DNA of 64,000 nt from NCBI GenBank assembly GCA_001797465.1, contig MGPQ01000009.1:65009-129008 (forward strand), given 5' to 3'. Made by a program: the position numbers and the translations under genes. This document shows positions 37,207-47,085 of this stretch, one piece after another. The notes beneath the pieces are model-generated. The model was not told the origin of the DNA, made no database searches, and saw only the letters and a program-made list of their open reading frames with translations. How positions within the stretch are numbered: the stretch's first letter is position 1; the number at the start of each line of letters is the position of its first letter. Origin of the DNA: Deltaproteobacteria bacterium GWB2_55_19. GTDB lineage: Bacteria; Desulfobacterota; GWC2-55-46.

Positions 37207-37434
37207 AGGCTATCCTCTAAAAATTAGGAATTTTTTCTGAGGTCAAGGAAGGGCGGAAATAAAAAGCGGAGCATATATGATAATATATGAGCATTTTTAT
37301 TTCCGTCCTGACGCAGTCCTGACCGGACGGGCAAATTCGTATCAAACGGCTGAACATATGATTACCCCAGGGGCTCCGTTTGATATTTGGCCCTGCGCCG
37401 AGCAGTCAGGAAAAATAACAATTTTTAGAGGCTA
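37207..37434 (+). mobile_element. MITE-like repeat, copy B, carrying a nested ~90-nt insertion.
   Basis: The ends CTCTAAAAATTAGGAATTTTTTCTGAGGTCAAGGAAGGGCGGAAATAAAAAGCG... and ...TCAGGAAAAATAACAATTTTTAGAG match copies A and C. The internal segment ~37315..37405 is absent from the other copies and has its own inverted repeats. Confidence 0.7.
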
Positions 37435-38562
37435 CTCCCTCGCTATCGCCCTTAGGGCCCTGAGGAACTCCTCGATGTCGCTATCGACGGTGAAGTAACC
37501 CGGGCTCACCCTTATCGCGCCGTCCGGGTGGGTCCCGGCCTCCCTGTGCGCCTCGGGGGCGCAGTGGGCGCCGGTCCTGACCATTATCGCGTGCTTATCA
37601 TCGAGCGCGACCCCTACCTCGGCCGGCTTTTTGCCTTCGATATTGAACGCCACGAGCGCGGCCCTCCTGGATGCCTCCGGGGTCCCTATCAACCTTACTT
37701 TTTTAATGGAATTCAGCCCCTCGATTATCCCGGCTACGAGCGCTTCCTCCCGCTCCCTCACCTTCGATACATCTTCCTTCAGGAGGAACTCTATGCCGGC
37801 GGCGAGCCCGCCTATGCCCGGGGTATTCATGGTGCCGGATTCCAGCCTCTCGGGCATCTCGAGGTCGACTTCAAGCTCTCCGGTCCCGCCGTTTATGAGA
37901 GGCTCGGGCTCGACACCCTCCCTGACGTACAAAAACCCCGTGCCCTGTGGGCCGAAGAGGGCCTTGTGCCCGGTAGCCGCGAGTATGTCTATATTCATGC
38001 CAGGCGCGTCTATGGGGAGCGCGCCGACGGTCTGGGCCCCGTCGACCATGAAGATCACCCCTTTTTCCCTGCAGAGCGCCCCGATGGCTTCGATATCCTG
38101 GAGCGCGCCGAAGACGTTCGAGGCGTGTGAGAGGCAGACGACCCGCGTTTCATTCGTTATAGCGGAGGCGATTGTTTCAACCCCGACGAAGCCGTCCTTG
38201 TCAGGCCTCACCTTCGTCACCTTTACGCCCTCTTTCGAGAGCCTGCCGAGCGTCTTAACTACCGAGTTGTGCTCAAAAGACGTCGTGATTACGTGGTCGC
38301 CGGGTCTGAGCAGGCCCTTAAGGGCTATGTTTATCGCCTCTGTCGCGTTCTTTGTAAAGGCGATCCTCGATGAGTCCGGGATATTAATGAGTCTCCCGGC
38401 GGCCTCCCTCGCGGCAAAGACGACCCTGCTCGCCTCTATGGCCATCCTGTGGGACGCGCGCCCCGGGTTGCCGCTGATCTTCCTGAGTATATGGTCGATC
38501 CTCCTGTAAACCGTTTCGGGTTTGGGGTAGGATGTGGCCGCGTTGTCGAGATAGATCATCAT
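37432..38562 (-). CDS. Class V aminotransferase / cysteine desulfurase-family PLP enzyme.
   Basis: Begins MMIYLDNAATSYPKPETV... A ...TGHKALFGPQGTGFLYV... region contains the PLP-binding lysine. 376 aa. Confidence 0.7.
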   Translation of the reverse strand: MMIYLDNAATSYPKPETVYRRIDHILRKISGNPGRASHRMAIEASRVVFAAREAAGRLINIPDSSRIAFTKNATEAINIALKGLLRPGDHVITTSFEHNSVVKTLGRLSKEGVKVTKVRPDKDGFVGVETIASAITNETRVVCLSHASNVFGALQDIEAIGALCREKGVIFMVDGAQTVGALPIDAPGMNIDILAATGHKALFGPQGTGFLYVREGVEPEPLINGGTGELEVDLEMPERLESGTMNTPGIGGLAAGIEFLLKEDVSKVREREEALVAGIIEGLNSIKKVRLIGTPEASRRAALVAFNIEGKKPAEVGVALDDKHAIMVRTGAHCAPEAHREAGTHPDGAIRVSPGYFTVDSDIEEFLRALRAIARE

Positions 38563-38691
38563 TCCTGTTCCTTCACGATATTTTCAAGGTATAAATCATA
38601 CCACCTTTCGGCGGAGAGGTCATCTGAATCTTCGGACAAATGACGCCGCCGCTTGCAGAAGGCGTCCCTGCAACCAACCGCTTATCGCTTT

Positions 38692-39114
38692 TTATTTCAA
38701 GAGCACGACCCCGCCAACGACAAGGCCGATGCCGATGAGCTTCTGGACGGTAAAGCTCTCACCCAGGAAGACGACCGACACGACGAGCGCGACAAGCGGG
38801 TATGTGGCGGCCACAGGCACTGCAACCGACGCCTCGCCGTACTTAAGCGCCGAGTAAAATGCGAGCTGTCCGAGGAGCCCGGCTATGAGCCCTCCGGCGG
38901 CTACAAGCAACGCGCTCTTCAGATCGACCGTCGCAATGGACGCGGTCCTGCCCATGACCGCGAGCCCGATAAAGGCGATTACTGCTACGGGTATGGACCT
39001 TATCACCACCCCGAGGTAAGGATCGATCTTCCCGTCGAGGCCGAGCTTTTCAAAGGCCGGCGCAAAACCCCAGATAAGGGCGGTAAGCGCCGCGAACATG
39101 AATGATTTGGACAT
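38692..39114 (-). CDS. Small DMT/EamA-like 4-TM membrane transporter.
   Basis: A 140-aa protein with four hydrophobic helices and an EamA half-domain signature. Confidence 0.5.
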   Translation of the reverse strand: MSKSFMFAALTALIWGFAPAFEKLGLDGKIDPYLGVVIRSIPVAVIAFIGLAVMGRTASIATVDLKSALLVAAGGLIAGLLGQLAFYSALKYGEASVAVPVAATYPLVALVVSVVFLGESFTVQKLIGIGLVVGGVVLLK

Positions 39115-39196
39115 AAGGCTTACCTCCGGAAGGGTCTGACCATATTTTAGCTTATATGGCGGAGGGGTAAAAGGGAATTCAGGGCAGGGATTATGT

Positions 39197-39218
39197 CCCC
39201 CTCTTTTCTAAAGAGGGA
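39197..39218. repeat. Palindromic element, copy 3, in inverted orientation.
   Basis: CCCCCTCTTTTCTAAAGAGGGA, one mismatch from the reverse complement of the 21-mer. Confidence 0.6.
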
Positions 39219-39224
39219 TGTAAA

Positions 39225-39261
39225 CAAAAAAAGGGCGGGGCCGACAGGCCCCGCCCTTTTT
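39225..39261. terminator. Bidirectional intrinsic terminator.
   Basis: AAAAAAA-GGGCGGGGCC-gaca-GGCCCCGCCC-TTTTT immediately downstream of the carbonic anhydrase gene. Confidence 0.75.
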
Positions 39262-39271
39262 AAATTACGGC

Positions 39272-40045
39272 TTAGTGCGTGATCGAGTCCGCTGTTACCT
39301 TCCTGTCGTGCATCGGCTGTATTGGCCTGTTGTTCTTGTGCATTATCTTCTGTATCGCCGCTATCTGCTGTTTCGACATCTGGATAGGGGTCTTAAGGAC
39401 GTTCCAGTTGACGCTCTCGGAGCACGGAGGGGTGGTGAGAGACCCCGAGTACCTGTAAAAAGACTTGGTTACCGGCAGTAACTGTGTTGCGTCGATAGAG
39501 ACCTTCACGTCCTTTTTCTCGTTCGCCTTATTCGGGAGGTTGGACCAGATAGCCTTGAACGCCGGGTTCTCCTTGCCTTCCTCTATGAGGACGCCGACGA
39601 CCGCGAGCTCGCCCTTGTCGTTCTTATGCACGAGGTGGAGCTCGTTGCCGAAGGATTTCCCGTTTATCGTGTGCTCGCTCGGGGTGTGGAAGTGGAACTG
39701 TATGAGGTTGTACTGGACCCCGTTGATTGTGATGGAACTGCCGGAATCGTAGTTTACCTGTATCGTGTGTCCGTTATTGAGGATGTGCAATTCGGAGGCC
39801 TTATACTTGAACTCTATGTCAGCGAGGTCGGCGCTCTCGGCGGCGGTGATGTTTATCGGGGACTGCTGTTTGCCCTCGGAGCATGCCGCGTTCTCCTTCG
39901 ACATCGAACCCCAGTGCTCGGGGCCGCCCTCGCCCTCGTACCCCCAATGGGCGTGTCCGCTCTCTGAGGCGTTGGCGTAAGGGTATGCGCAGAGTCCTAT
40001 ACCGACTGCAAAGACCAGGGTCAAAAACCTCTTTCCTAACTTCAT
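39272..40045 (-). CDS. Secreted alpha-class carbonic anhydrase.
   Basis: Signal peptide. ...HWGYEG...GPEHWG... and ...QSPINI... motifs, with zinc-ligand histidines in ...QFHFH... and ...ELHLVH... Confidence 0.8.
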   Translation of the reverse strand: MKLGKRFLTLVFAVGIGLCAYPYANASESGHAHWGYEGEGGPEHWGSMSKENAACSEGKQQSPINITAAESADLADIEFKYKASELHILNNGHTIQVNYDSGSSITINGVQYNLIQFHFHTPSEHTINGKSFGNELHLVHKNDKGELAVVGVLIEEGKENPAFKAIWSNLPNKANEKKDVKVSIDATQLLPVTKSFYRYSGSLTTPPCSESVNWNVLKTPIQMSKQQIAAIQKIMHKNNRPIQPMHDRKVTADSITH

Positions 40046-40099
40046 CTTTGATGCTCCTTTCCTCGCCTCAAGGCGGGTTTTTTTATGCGCGGATGCGCT

Positions 40100-40459
40100 C
40101 TACTTCCAGAAGATCATCCTCAAGGATACGATGAGGAGAAATGCGCCAAAGACCTTTTTTAAAACACCCGTCGGAATGACGTTCGCGGTCTTGGCCCCTA
40201 TGAGCCCGCCGATGAAAAAACCGATGCAGAGAAACCCCGCCACTTTCAGGTCGGCGTTGCCCGCCTTATAATATGTCCACGCGGCAAGGAGCCCTATCGG
40301 CGGGACCATCATCGCAAGCGTCGTGCCCTGGGCCTGGTGCTGGCTGAACCCGAAGAGGAAGACGAGCGCCGGGACGACGACAAGGCCCCCGCCTATGCCA
40401 ACAAGACCGCTGACCGCCCCGGCGAGGACGCCCAATACGATAAATGAGATTATATCCAT
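40100..40459 (-). CDS. TauE/SafE-family (DUF81) half-size membrane protein.
   Basis: Contains ...LAGAVSGLVGIGGGLVVVPALVFLFG... and four TM helices. Confidence 0.55.
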   Translation of the reverse strand: MDIISFIVLGVLAGAVSGLVGIGGGLVVVPALVFLFGFSQHQAQGTTLAMMVPPIGLLAAWTYYKAGNADLKVAGFLCIGFFIGGLIGAKTANVIPTGVLKKVFGAFLLIVSLRMIFWK

Positions 40460-40497
40460 AAAATTATCTTTTCAAGTGAAAAAATTTATATCACGGG

Positions 40498-41103
40498 TCA
40501 AATCTTGAAAACAAGCCTGACGAGCGACTGTAATATCAGGAAGCCTATGTCCTTTGCGACCTCCTTTGTCTCAACAGACCCCTCCTCCCTTGCGGCGGAG
40601 AGCTCAAGCTCCTTTAACGTAGCCATCGGGGCGATAGTCGCGGTATCAAGCTCCTTCTGGAGGTTTTTAAGCACATTGAGCTCGCCCTGGGGCCTGGTAG
40701 CGCCAGCGGTCATGCCGAATGAATTCTCCTTGTGGATCGCGTACCTGGTCAGCTCGCCGCGGTTCAGCCAAAGCCCACTGCATTTACCGCACCTCTCTAT
40801 GAGGGCGTCTTTGGGGAGCATCGGGTCCTTGAAGGGTATGAGCGCCTCATTGCACCTGGGGCACCTCTCGGTCCCCTTCCGTAGCGGGTTTCCGGCAAGG
40901 AGGCTCTTTACATCCACCGTGTCGAGTGACTTTAAAGACGCGCCCTTGACAAAGTACAGCTCCCACCTGTCGAACCATACGCCCCCGCACTCGGCGCACT
41001 GGTCGAGCAGTATGACCCTGCCGTAGGTCGCCTCGGCGTAGACTTCATTCAGCGCGCCCCCGCACTCCGGGCACTTGATTGAGTCTTCTTTCGCTTCCGC
41101 CAT
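40498..41103 (-). CDS. Protein with two TFIIB-type zinc-ribbon domains.
   Basis: The pattern CPECGG...CAECGGVWFD is repeated as CPRCN...CGKCSGLWLN. Confidence 0.55.
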   Translation of the reverse strand: MAEAKEDSIKCPECGGALNEVYAEATYGRVILLDQCAECGGVWFDRWELYFVKGASLKSLDTVDVKSLLAGNPLRKGTERCPRCNEALIPFKDPMLPKDALIERCGKCSGLWLNRGELTRYAIHKENSFGMTAGATRPQGELNVLKNLQKELDTATIAPMATLKELELSAAREEGSVETKEVAKDIGFLILQSLVRLVFKI

Positions 41104-41113
41104 CGGCTATCCT

Positions 41114-42088
41114 TCAGGCCTTCTTCGCGCCGTTCTTCTCAAACTGATAGCCCATTTTTTTAAGCCTCGCGACCCTCTCGTGTATGGGAGGGTGCGTTGA
41201 GAATACGTCGGCTACAAGCCCGGTCTTTTCATCAAGCTGTCTCTTAAGGGGGTCGCTGATAAATAAGTGCGCCGTCCCCCTCCTCGCGCTCCTCAGGGGA
41301 GAGGTCGCGCCGGCGATCTTTTCAAGGGCCCCTGCGAGCGCGAGAGGGTTTCTCGTGAACTCCGCGGAGCTCACATCCGCCTGGTACTCCCTGTTGCGGG
41401 AGACCGCCATGGCTATGATGCGCGAGACGACCGGCGACAAGAGGACGAACATGGCGATGACAAGGAGTGCGATAGGGTGAATGCCTCCCTTATCTCTCAC
41501 TGATCTGCGGGGCCGGACGCCGCCGTAGCGCCATGTGCGGACGGCCCAGTCAGAGAGTATCGAGACCGTGCCGACGAGGACCGTTACTACCGTCATGGTG
41601 AGTATGTCGTTTGACTTTATATGCCCCATCTCGTGGGCGATGACCGCCTGCAATTCTTCCCTGTTCATGGTGTCAATGAGCCCCTGCGTCACGCCTACTA
41701 CGGCGCTCGAAGGTCCCCTGCCCGTCGCAAAGGCGTTCGGGGCCGGGTCGTTTATTATGTAGACCTTGGGCATGGGCAGGCCTGAGGCGAGCGCCATCTC
41801 CGTGACCACATTATACAGCCTCTTGTGCGAGGGGTCTTCAAAGACCGGGGGTTCAGCCCCGAGCGAGCGGAGCACGATGGAAGAGCCGTAGAAGTAGGAG
41901 ATAACGCCGTTGATGGAGGCGAAAGAGGCGGCGAAGACCGTGGCTACTGGTATCCTCGCAAGGCTTATCTCGCCGTAGGTGTATATGTCGACGGATGCTC
42001 CGACGAGGACGACGAAGACGAAAAAACCCAGCATGAGGAGGACGGTTATCCTCTTGTTTCTTACACGCTGGGAAAGGATGTCGGTCAT
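41114..42088 (-). CDS. M48-family zinc metalloprotease (HtpX-like).
   Basis: HEMGH zinc-binding motif with N-terminal TM helices. Confidence 0.8.
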   Translation of the reverse strand: MTDILSQRVRNKRITVLLMLGFFVFVVLVGASVDIYTYGEISLARIPVATVFAASFASINGVISYFYGSSIVLRSLGAEPPVFEDPSHKRLYNVVTEMALASGLPMPKVYIINDPAPNAFATGRGPSSAVVGVTQGLIDTMNREELQAVIAHEMGHIKSNDILTMTVVTVLVGTVSILSDWAVRTWRYGGVRPRRSVRDKGGIHPIALLVIAMFVLLSPVVSRIIAMAVSRNREYQADVSSAEFTRNPLALAGALEKIAGATSPLRSARRGTAHLFISDPLKRQLDEKTGLVADVFSTHPPIHERVARLKKMGYQFEKNGAKKA

Positions 42089-42115
42089 AAAGGCCTCTCT
42101 AACCTTATCAGGCCT

Positions 42116-42676
42116 TTATTTAAGCGTAAGGTCCACCGTGGGGGCCTCGCGCTCCGCTACCCCGGCCTGGAAGTACTCGGCCTTCTTGAAGGCGAAGGTA
42201 GAGGCGATTATCATCGTGGGGAAGACGGACTGTTTCGTGTTGAACTGGGCGACGATGTCGTTATAGAACTGGCGCGCAAAGCCTATGCGGTTCTCGGTGG
42301 ATGTGATCTCTTCCTGCAGTTGAAGCACGTTCTTGTTGGATTTGAGGTCCGGGTAGTTCTCGACGAGCATGAAGAGCCTGCCGAGCGCCTCTGTGAGCAT
42401 GTTCTCCGCCACGCCCTTGTCCGCGATAGACCCGGCGCCCATCGCCTTGGCGCGGGCCTCTATGACCTTGCTCAAGGTGTCGCGCTCGAACGCCATCGCG
42501 CCCTTGACCGTGTTGACGAGATTCGGGATGAGGTCGTAGCGCCTCTTTAACTGGACGTCAATCTGCTTCCAGGCGTTCTCGACCTGGTTTTTCAGCGTCA
42601 CCAGGCCGTTGTAGGCGAGTATTACCCAGAGGATAATGAGCCCTATTATGCCGAGGACTATAATTATACCGTACAA
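42116..42676 (-). CDS. lemA: LemA-family protein.
   Basis: N-terminal TM helix followed by the LemA core ...LKNQVENAWKQIDVQLKRRYDLIPNLV... Confidence 0.8.
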   Translation of the reverse strand: MYGIIIVLGIIGLIILWVILAYNGLVTLKNQVENAWKQIDVQLKRRYDLIPNLVNTVKGAMAFERDTLSKVIEARAKAMGAGSIADKGVAENMLTEALGRLFMLVENYPDLKSNKNVLQLQEEITSTENRIGFARQFYNDIVAQFNTKQSVFPTMIIASTFAFKKAEYFQAGVAEREAPTVDLTLK

Positions 42677-42772
42677 TCCGCCCTCCTTGCGCTTTAAGGA
42701 TTAATGGCCGTGGTTATAATACACAACACGGCCCAGTCGCAGTACATCTGTCTTGTGCGCCGCCTCCGGCCT

Positions 42773-43267
42773 TTACTTATCAGGCCTCCTGAAGAATAAG
42801 TCGTGGAGCGTGTATATCTCGTTTACCGCATACTCCTTATTCCCGGAGGGGAGCTCTATCTTCACCTCGTCGCCGACGGCCTTATTGAGGAGCGCCCTGC
42901 CGATCGGCGAACTGACGGATATCTTACCGTTCCTGGGGTCGACCTCCTCGGGGGTAACGAGCTCGAAAACGACCTCCTCGCCGGTGCCCTGGTCCTCGAG
43001 ATGGATCCGGGAGCCGAAGCCGACGGCGTCCCTGGGGATATTCTCTAACTTCAGCGAGGAAAGGGTGTTTATGCGGGTCGTCAGGTGAGCGCACCGCGCC
43101 TGGAGGAACGACTGCCTGTGTTTTGCCGCCTCGTACTCGGCGTTCTCCCGCAGGTCTCCGTGGGCCGCGGCCTTTTGCAGCTCCTTGGGCACATCGACCC
43201 TCAGTTCCCTTTCGACCTTCTGGAGCTCGTCCTTGAGCTGTTTTATTATAGGAAGCTCGAGTATCAT
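42773..43267 (-). CDS. greA: Transcription elongation factor GreA.
   Basis: Coiled-coil N-terminus with ...DLRENAEYEAAK... and an FKBP-like C-terminal domain. The start is probably the internal MILELPIIKQL. Confidence 0.7.
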   Translation of the reverse strand: MILELPIIKQLKDELQKVERELRVDVPKELQKAAAHGDLRENAEYEAAKHRQSFLQARCAHLTTRINTLSSLKLENIPRDAVGFGSRIHLEDQGTGEEVVFELVTPEEVDPRNGKISVSSPIGRALLNKAVGDEVKIELPSGNKEYAVNEIYTLHDLFFRRPDK

Positions 43268-43299
43268 CAATCTCCTTGGATACGGCAAAAGCCGGAAAA

Positions 43300-44580
43300 T
43301 TAAATCAGTTCAAGACAGGCGACGCACTCTATGTGGTATGTCTGGGGGAACATGTCGACAAAGGAAGCCCTCTTGACCCTGTATCCGCATGCGTTCAGCG
43401 TGGATAAGTCCCGCGCGAGAGTAGGGGGACTGCAGGACACATATACGACCCTCTCAGGCCTCGCGTCCGAGATCATCCTTACGACGTCGGGCCCTCCGCC
43501 CCTCGGCGGGTCTAATACTAACACACAAGGTCTTGTCTTTTCAAGGTTTTTAATCTCCTGTTTAAGCCAGGCAACTGCCTCCGCGGCATGGAAAGACGCG
43601 GACTTTGTCCCGTTTATCCTCGCGTTTTCCTCGGCGAATTCCACCGCCTCAACGCTCGACTCCACCCCGATAGCCGCCCTTGCGCCCCTGGATAACGGCA
43701 GTGTGAAGTTGCCGACGCCTGAAAAGAGGTCTACCACCGTCTCTGTGCCTGAAAGTCCGGCGTACTCGATCACCTTCTGGACAAGCTGTTCGTTTTGAGT
43801 CAGGTTCACCTGCGAAAAAAGGCCGATGCCCGCTTTAAGCGTGAAACCCTGGACGGCGTACGAGAGGACGGTGTCGCCCTCGGCGCATATCCTCTCGCCC
43901 CTCCCCTTTCTTTCGGTGGAGAGCCGGACTTCGAAGCCCTTGAGCCCCTCCACGCCTGAGAGGCATCCATGCCAATCGACCTTCTTTTCCTCATACACAT
44001 AGAAAGAGGCGACAGCCCTATTGTCTATCGGGCTTCCGACGACCTCGACGGCATATATCCCGTGTTTTTTTCCTGAGAGCGCGCCTTTTATCCCCTTAAA
44101 GGCCCTGTTGACTACGGGGTCGACTATGGGGCATTCGTCTATGTCGATGACGCTGTGGCTCTTCCCGCCGAAGAAGCCCCAGGCGCCCTTGTCTACATGA
44201 AAGGCCGCCCTCCCGCGGTAGTTCCAGGGGTTTGCGGCCTTAATCGGCTCCCCGAACTCTACCCCCTCGACCTTCCCTATCCTTTTAAGGGTTTCCTCGA
44301 ATATACGCTCCTTCCACTCGGCCTGCCCCTCGTAGGAGATGTGCTGGAGCGCGCACCCTCCGCACGCGCCGAATACCGGGCAGGAAGGCGAAACCCTCTG
44401 GGGAGAGGGCGAGACGACCTCGACGAGCGCCCCCTCAGAGAACCCCTTCTTCTCAGTTACGACCTCTACGCGCGCCTTGTCTCCAGGCGCGGTAAACGGG
44501 ACAAAGACGACCTTGCCGTCAATCCTGCCGATGCCCCTGCCGCCGAAGGCGAGGGATGTTATGTCAACGATGTGTTCCAT
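43300..44580 (-). CDS. rlmD: 23S rRNA (uracil-5)-methyltransferase RlmD/RumA.
   Basis: TRAM domain, a 4Fe-4S cysteine cluster (...CPVFGACGGCALQH...) and a C-terminal SAM methyltransferase domain (...DPPRGG...). Confidence 0.8.
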   Translation of the reverse strand: MEHIVDITSLAFGGRGIGRIDGKVVFVPFTAPGDKARVEVVTEKKGFSEGALVEVVSPSPQRVSPSCPVFGACGGCALQHISYEGQAEWKERIFEETLKRIGKVEGVEFGEPIKAANPWNYRGRAAFHVDKGAWGFFGGKSHSVIDIDECPIVDPVVNRAFKGIKGALSGKKHGIYAVEVVGSPIDNRAVASFYVYEEKKVDWHGCLSGVEGLKGFEVRLSTERKGRGERICAEGDTVLSYAVQGFTLKAGIGLFSQVNLTQNEQLVQKVIEYAGLSGTETVVDLFSGVGNFTLPLSRGARAAIGVESSVEAVEFAEENARINGTKSASFHAAEAVAWLKQEIKNLEKTRPCVLVLDPPRGGGPDVVRMISDARPERVVYVSCSPPTLARDLSTLNACGYRVKRASFVDMFPQTYHIECVACLELI

Positions 44581-44658
44581 GATACTCCATAGAGGGACAA
44601 TAAGAAAACCCTCTGTCTTGCTACGGGAATTTTTCTGACTGATAAGCGAATAACTTCC

Positions 44659-47085
44659 TTACCGCTTCATCATCATCTTCTTCATCTTATCGACGGCGGA
44701 AAGCGCGTCCCCTCCGTACTCGTCGGCCTTGACCTTGTCCGAGAACTCCTTTGTGACGACCGCGCCGCCGACGATGGTCATGACCTTTACGCCCTTGTCT
44801 TTAAGCTCCTTTATGACCTTGTCCATCTCCATGACCGTCGTCGTCATGAGCGCGGAGAGGCCGACGATATCGGCCTTGTGTCTGACCGCCTCCTCGACTA
44901 TCCGCGCGGAAGAGACGTTCTTGCCGAGATCTATGACCTCGAACCCGTGGTTCTCAAGGAGGGTCGCGAGGATGTTCTTGCCGATGTCGTGTATGTCGCC
45001 CTCGACGGTCGCGAGCACCACTTTGCCGAGCGACGGGCCGCTCTTGCCCTTGAGCTCTTTTTTGAGCCTCGCGAAGGCCTTCTTCATGGTATCCGCCGAG
45101 AGCATCACCTGCGGGAGATAATACTTGTTGCAGCCAAAGAGCCTCCCGACCTCTTCGAGGCCGGGGACGAGCCCCTCTCCGCTTATCTTTATCGGGTCCC
45201 AGCCCTCTTTCAGCGCCTCTTCGACGATCGCGACGATATTCTCCTCATCGCCTTCGATAACCGCCTTTTTAAGCCTCGCCTCCAGCCCTTGCGGATTGGT
45301 TGCTACGGAATCATGCCCCGTTGCCGCGTCTGGTACGGTTACATGCCTGAACATCTCCTGGTGCCTCTTAATGTACCTCTCGGCGCGGACGTCCTGATTG
45401 AGCAACACGAGGGACGAGTGGTACGCGTCCATCATCGCCTTGTTGTTCGGGTTGATGATGGCGGAGTCCAGACCCGCGGCTATGGCCATCGTAAGGAACG
45501 ACGCGTTTATCACCTCGCGGGCAGGCAGGCCAAACGATATGTTCGATACCCCCAAGACAGTCGTCAGCCCGAGCCTGTCCTTTAAAAGCCTTATGGCCTT
45601 GAGCGTCTCTATCGCGCTCAACGGCGCGGCGGAAACCGTCATGGCGAGGCAGTCGACGATCAGGTCTTCCTTCCTCATCCCGGCCTCCAGCACCTTATTC
45701 AAGATGCGCTCCGCGATGGCTACCCTCCCCTCGGCGGTGTCCGGTATGCCGGAATCATCGAGCGTGAGCGCCAGAACGGCCGCCCCGTACTTTTTGGCGA
45801 GAGGGAGGATGGTCGAGAGCTTTTTCTCCTCCCCGCTTATCGAATTCACAAGCGGCCTGCCGTCCGCGGCCTTTAGCCCCGCCTCGATTGCCTCGGGGCT
45901 TGACGAATCTATGGCTATCGGGAGCGTCGAATTCTCATTCACCGCGAATACGGCCCTCGACATCGACTCTATCTCGTCTATGCCGGGGACGCCGACGTTG
46001 ACGTCGAGGGCGTGCGCGCCGCTTACCGCCTGCGCGCGCGCCTCGTTCCTGATGCCTGCGGTCTTCCCCTCTTTTATCTCCTGCGCGAGCGCCTTCCTGC
46101 CTGTCGGGTTTATCCTCTCGCCTATGACTATCGCAGGGAGCCCTCCGCCGAATAGCGTAAAGGACGTCCTGCTGGCGAGCGCGGTGAAGTTTTTCCTCTC
46201 CCGCCGGACCGGCTGAAGCGACTTGAAAATCGTCCCCATCTTCCTTATGTGCTCCGACGTCGTCCCGCAACACCCGCCGAGCACGCGCACGCCGGAGTCC
46301 ACGAGCTTCGGCACGAACGACGCCATCTCCTCAGGGGAGGCCGGGAATACCGTCTCGGTGCCACGGAGCATGGGCAGACCCGCGTTCGGTTGTGCGATCA
46401 GCGGGATATCCACCACCTTCGACATCGCGCTTACGGCCTGGTATATGCCTTCTATCCCCAATGAGCAGTTCGCGCCTATGCAGTCGGCGCCCAAGGCCGC
46501 GGCCATTATCGCGAAAGATTCCGGCGGCGTGCCGAGGACCGTCCTCATCGTCTGGTCGAAGGTCATGGTGGCGACTACCGGGAGGCCTACGGACTTTGCG
46601 GCCATTATCGCGGCCTTCATCTCTTTTATGTCCATCATCGTCTCGATGATGGCGAGGTCGGCCCCGCCGAGTTTCAACGCCTCGGCCTGCTCAATGAATA
46701 TGGAGAGCGTCTCGTCGAAGGACATGTCGCCGACCGGCTCAACGAACCTCCCTGTGGGGCCGAAGCCGCCTGCGACGAACCGGTCCCTTCCCGCCTCCTC
46801 GCGCGCGCATTGCGCCGCCGCGACGTTTATCTCCTTCAACTTCCCTTCGAGGCCGTACTCGGCGAGCTTGGCCCTGTTCGCGCCGAAGGTGTTGGTCGTA
46901 ACGATGTCCGAGCCCGCCTCTATGTAGGCGGCGTGGACCTTCCTTACCATCGCCGGGTCTTTGAGGGAGAGCTCGTCAGGGCACCCGCCGGGCTTCAGGC
47001 CCAGCCTCTGGAGCATGGTGCCGGTCGCCCCGTCAAAGAGCAGAGGGCGCGCGTTCAAGGCTTCAAGGAATCTGTTTTTCATCAA
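44659..47085 (-). CDS. metH: Cobalamin-dependent methionine synthase with three modules (Hcy-binding, pterin-binding, B12-binding) and no C-terminal reactivation domain.
   Basis: 808 aa. The N-terminal Hcy S-methyltransferase region begins ...LLFDGATGT... The sequence ends inside the B12-binding Rossmann domain (...VGLSALMTTT...). Confidence 0.8.
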   Translation of the reverse strand: MMKNRFLEALNARPLLFDGATGTMLQRLGLKPGGCPDELSLKDPAMVRKVHAAYIEAGSDIVTTNTFGANRAKLAEYGLEGKLKEINVAAAQCAREEAGRDRFVAGGFGPTGRFVEPVGDMSFDETLSIFIEQAEALKLGGADLAIIETMMDIKEMKAAIMAAKSVGLPVVATMTFDQTMRTVLGTPPESFAIMAAALGADCIGANCSLGIEGIYQAVSAMSKVVDIPLIAQPNAGLPMLRGTETVFPASPEEMASFVPKLVDSGVRVLGGCCGTTSEHIRKMGTIFKSLQPVRRERKNFTALASRTSFTLFGGGLPAIVIGERINPTGRKALAQEIKEGKTAGIRNEARAQAVSGAHALDVNVGVPGIDEIESMSRAVFAVNENSTLPIAIDSSSPEAIEAGLKAADGRPLVNSISGEEKKLSTILPLAKKYGAAVLALTLDDSGIPDTAEGRVAIAERILNKVLEAGMRKEDLIVDCLAMTVSAAPLSAIETLKAIRLLKDRLGLTTVLGVSNISFGLPAREVINASFLTMAIAAGLDSAIINPNNKAMMDAYHSSLVLLNQDVRAERYIKRHQEMFRHVTVPDAATGHDSVATNPQGLEARLKKAVIEGDEENIVAIVEEALKEGWDPIKISGEGLVPGLEEVGRLFGCNKYYLPQVMLSADTMKKAFARLKKELKGKSGPSLGKVVLATVEGDIHDIGKNILATLLENHGFEVIDLGKNVSSARIVEEAVRHKADIVGLSALMTTTVMEMDKVIKELKDKGVKVMTIVGGAVVTKEFSDKVKADEYGGDALSAVDKMKKMMMKR

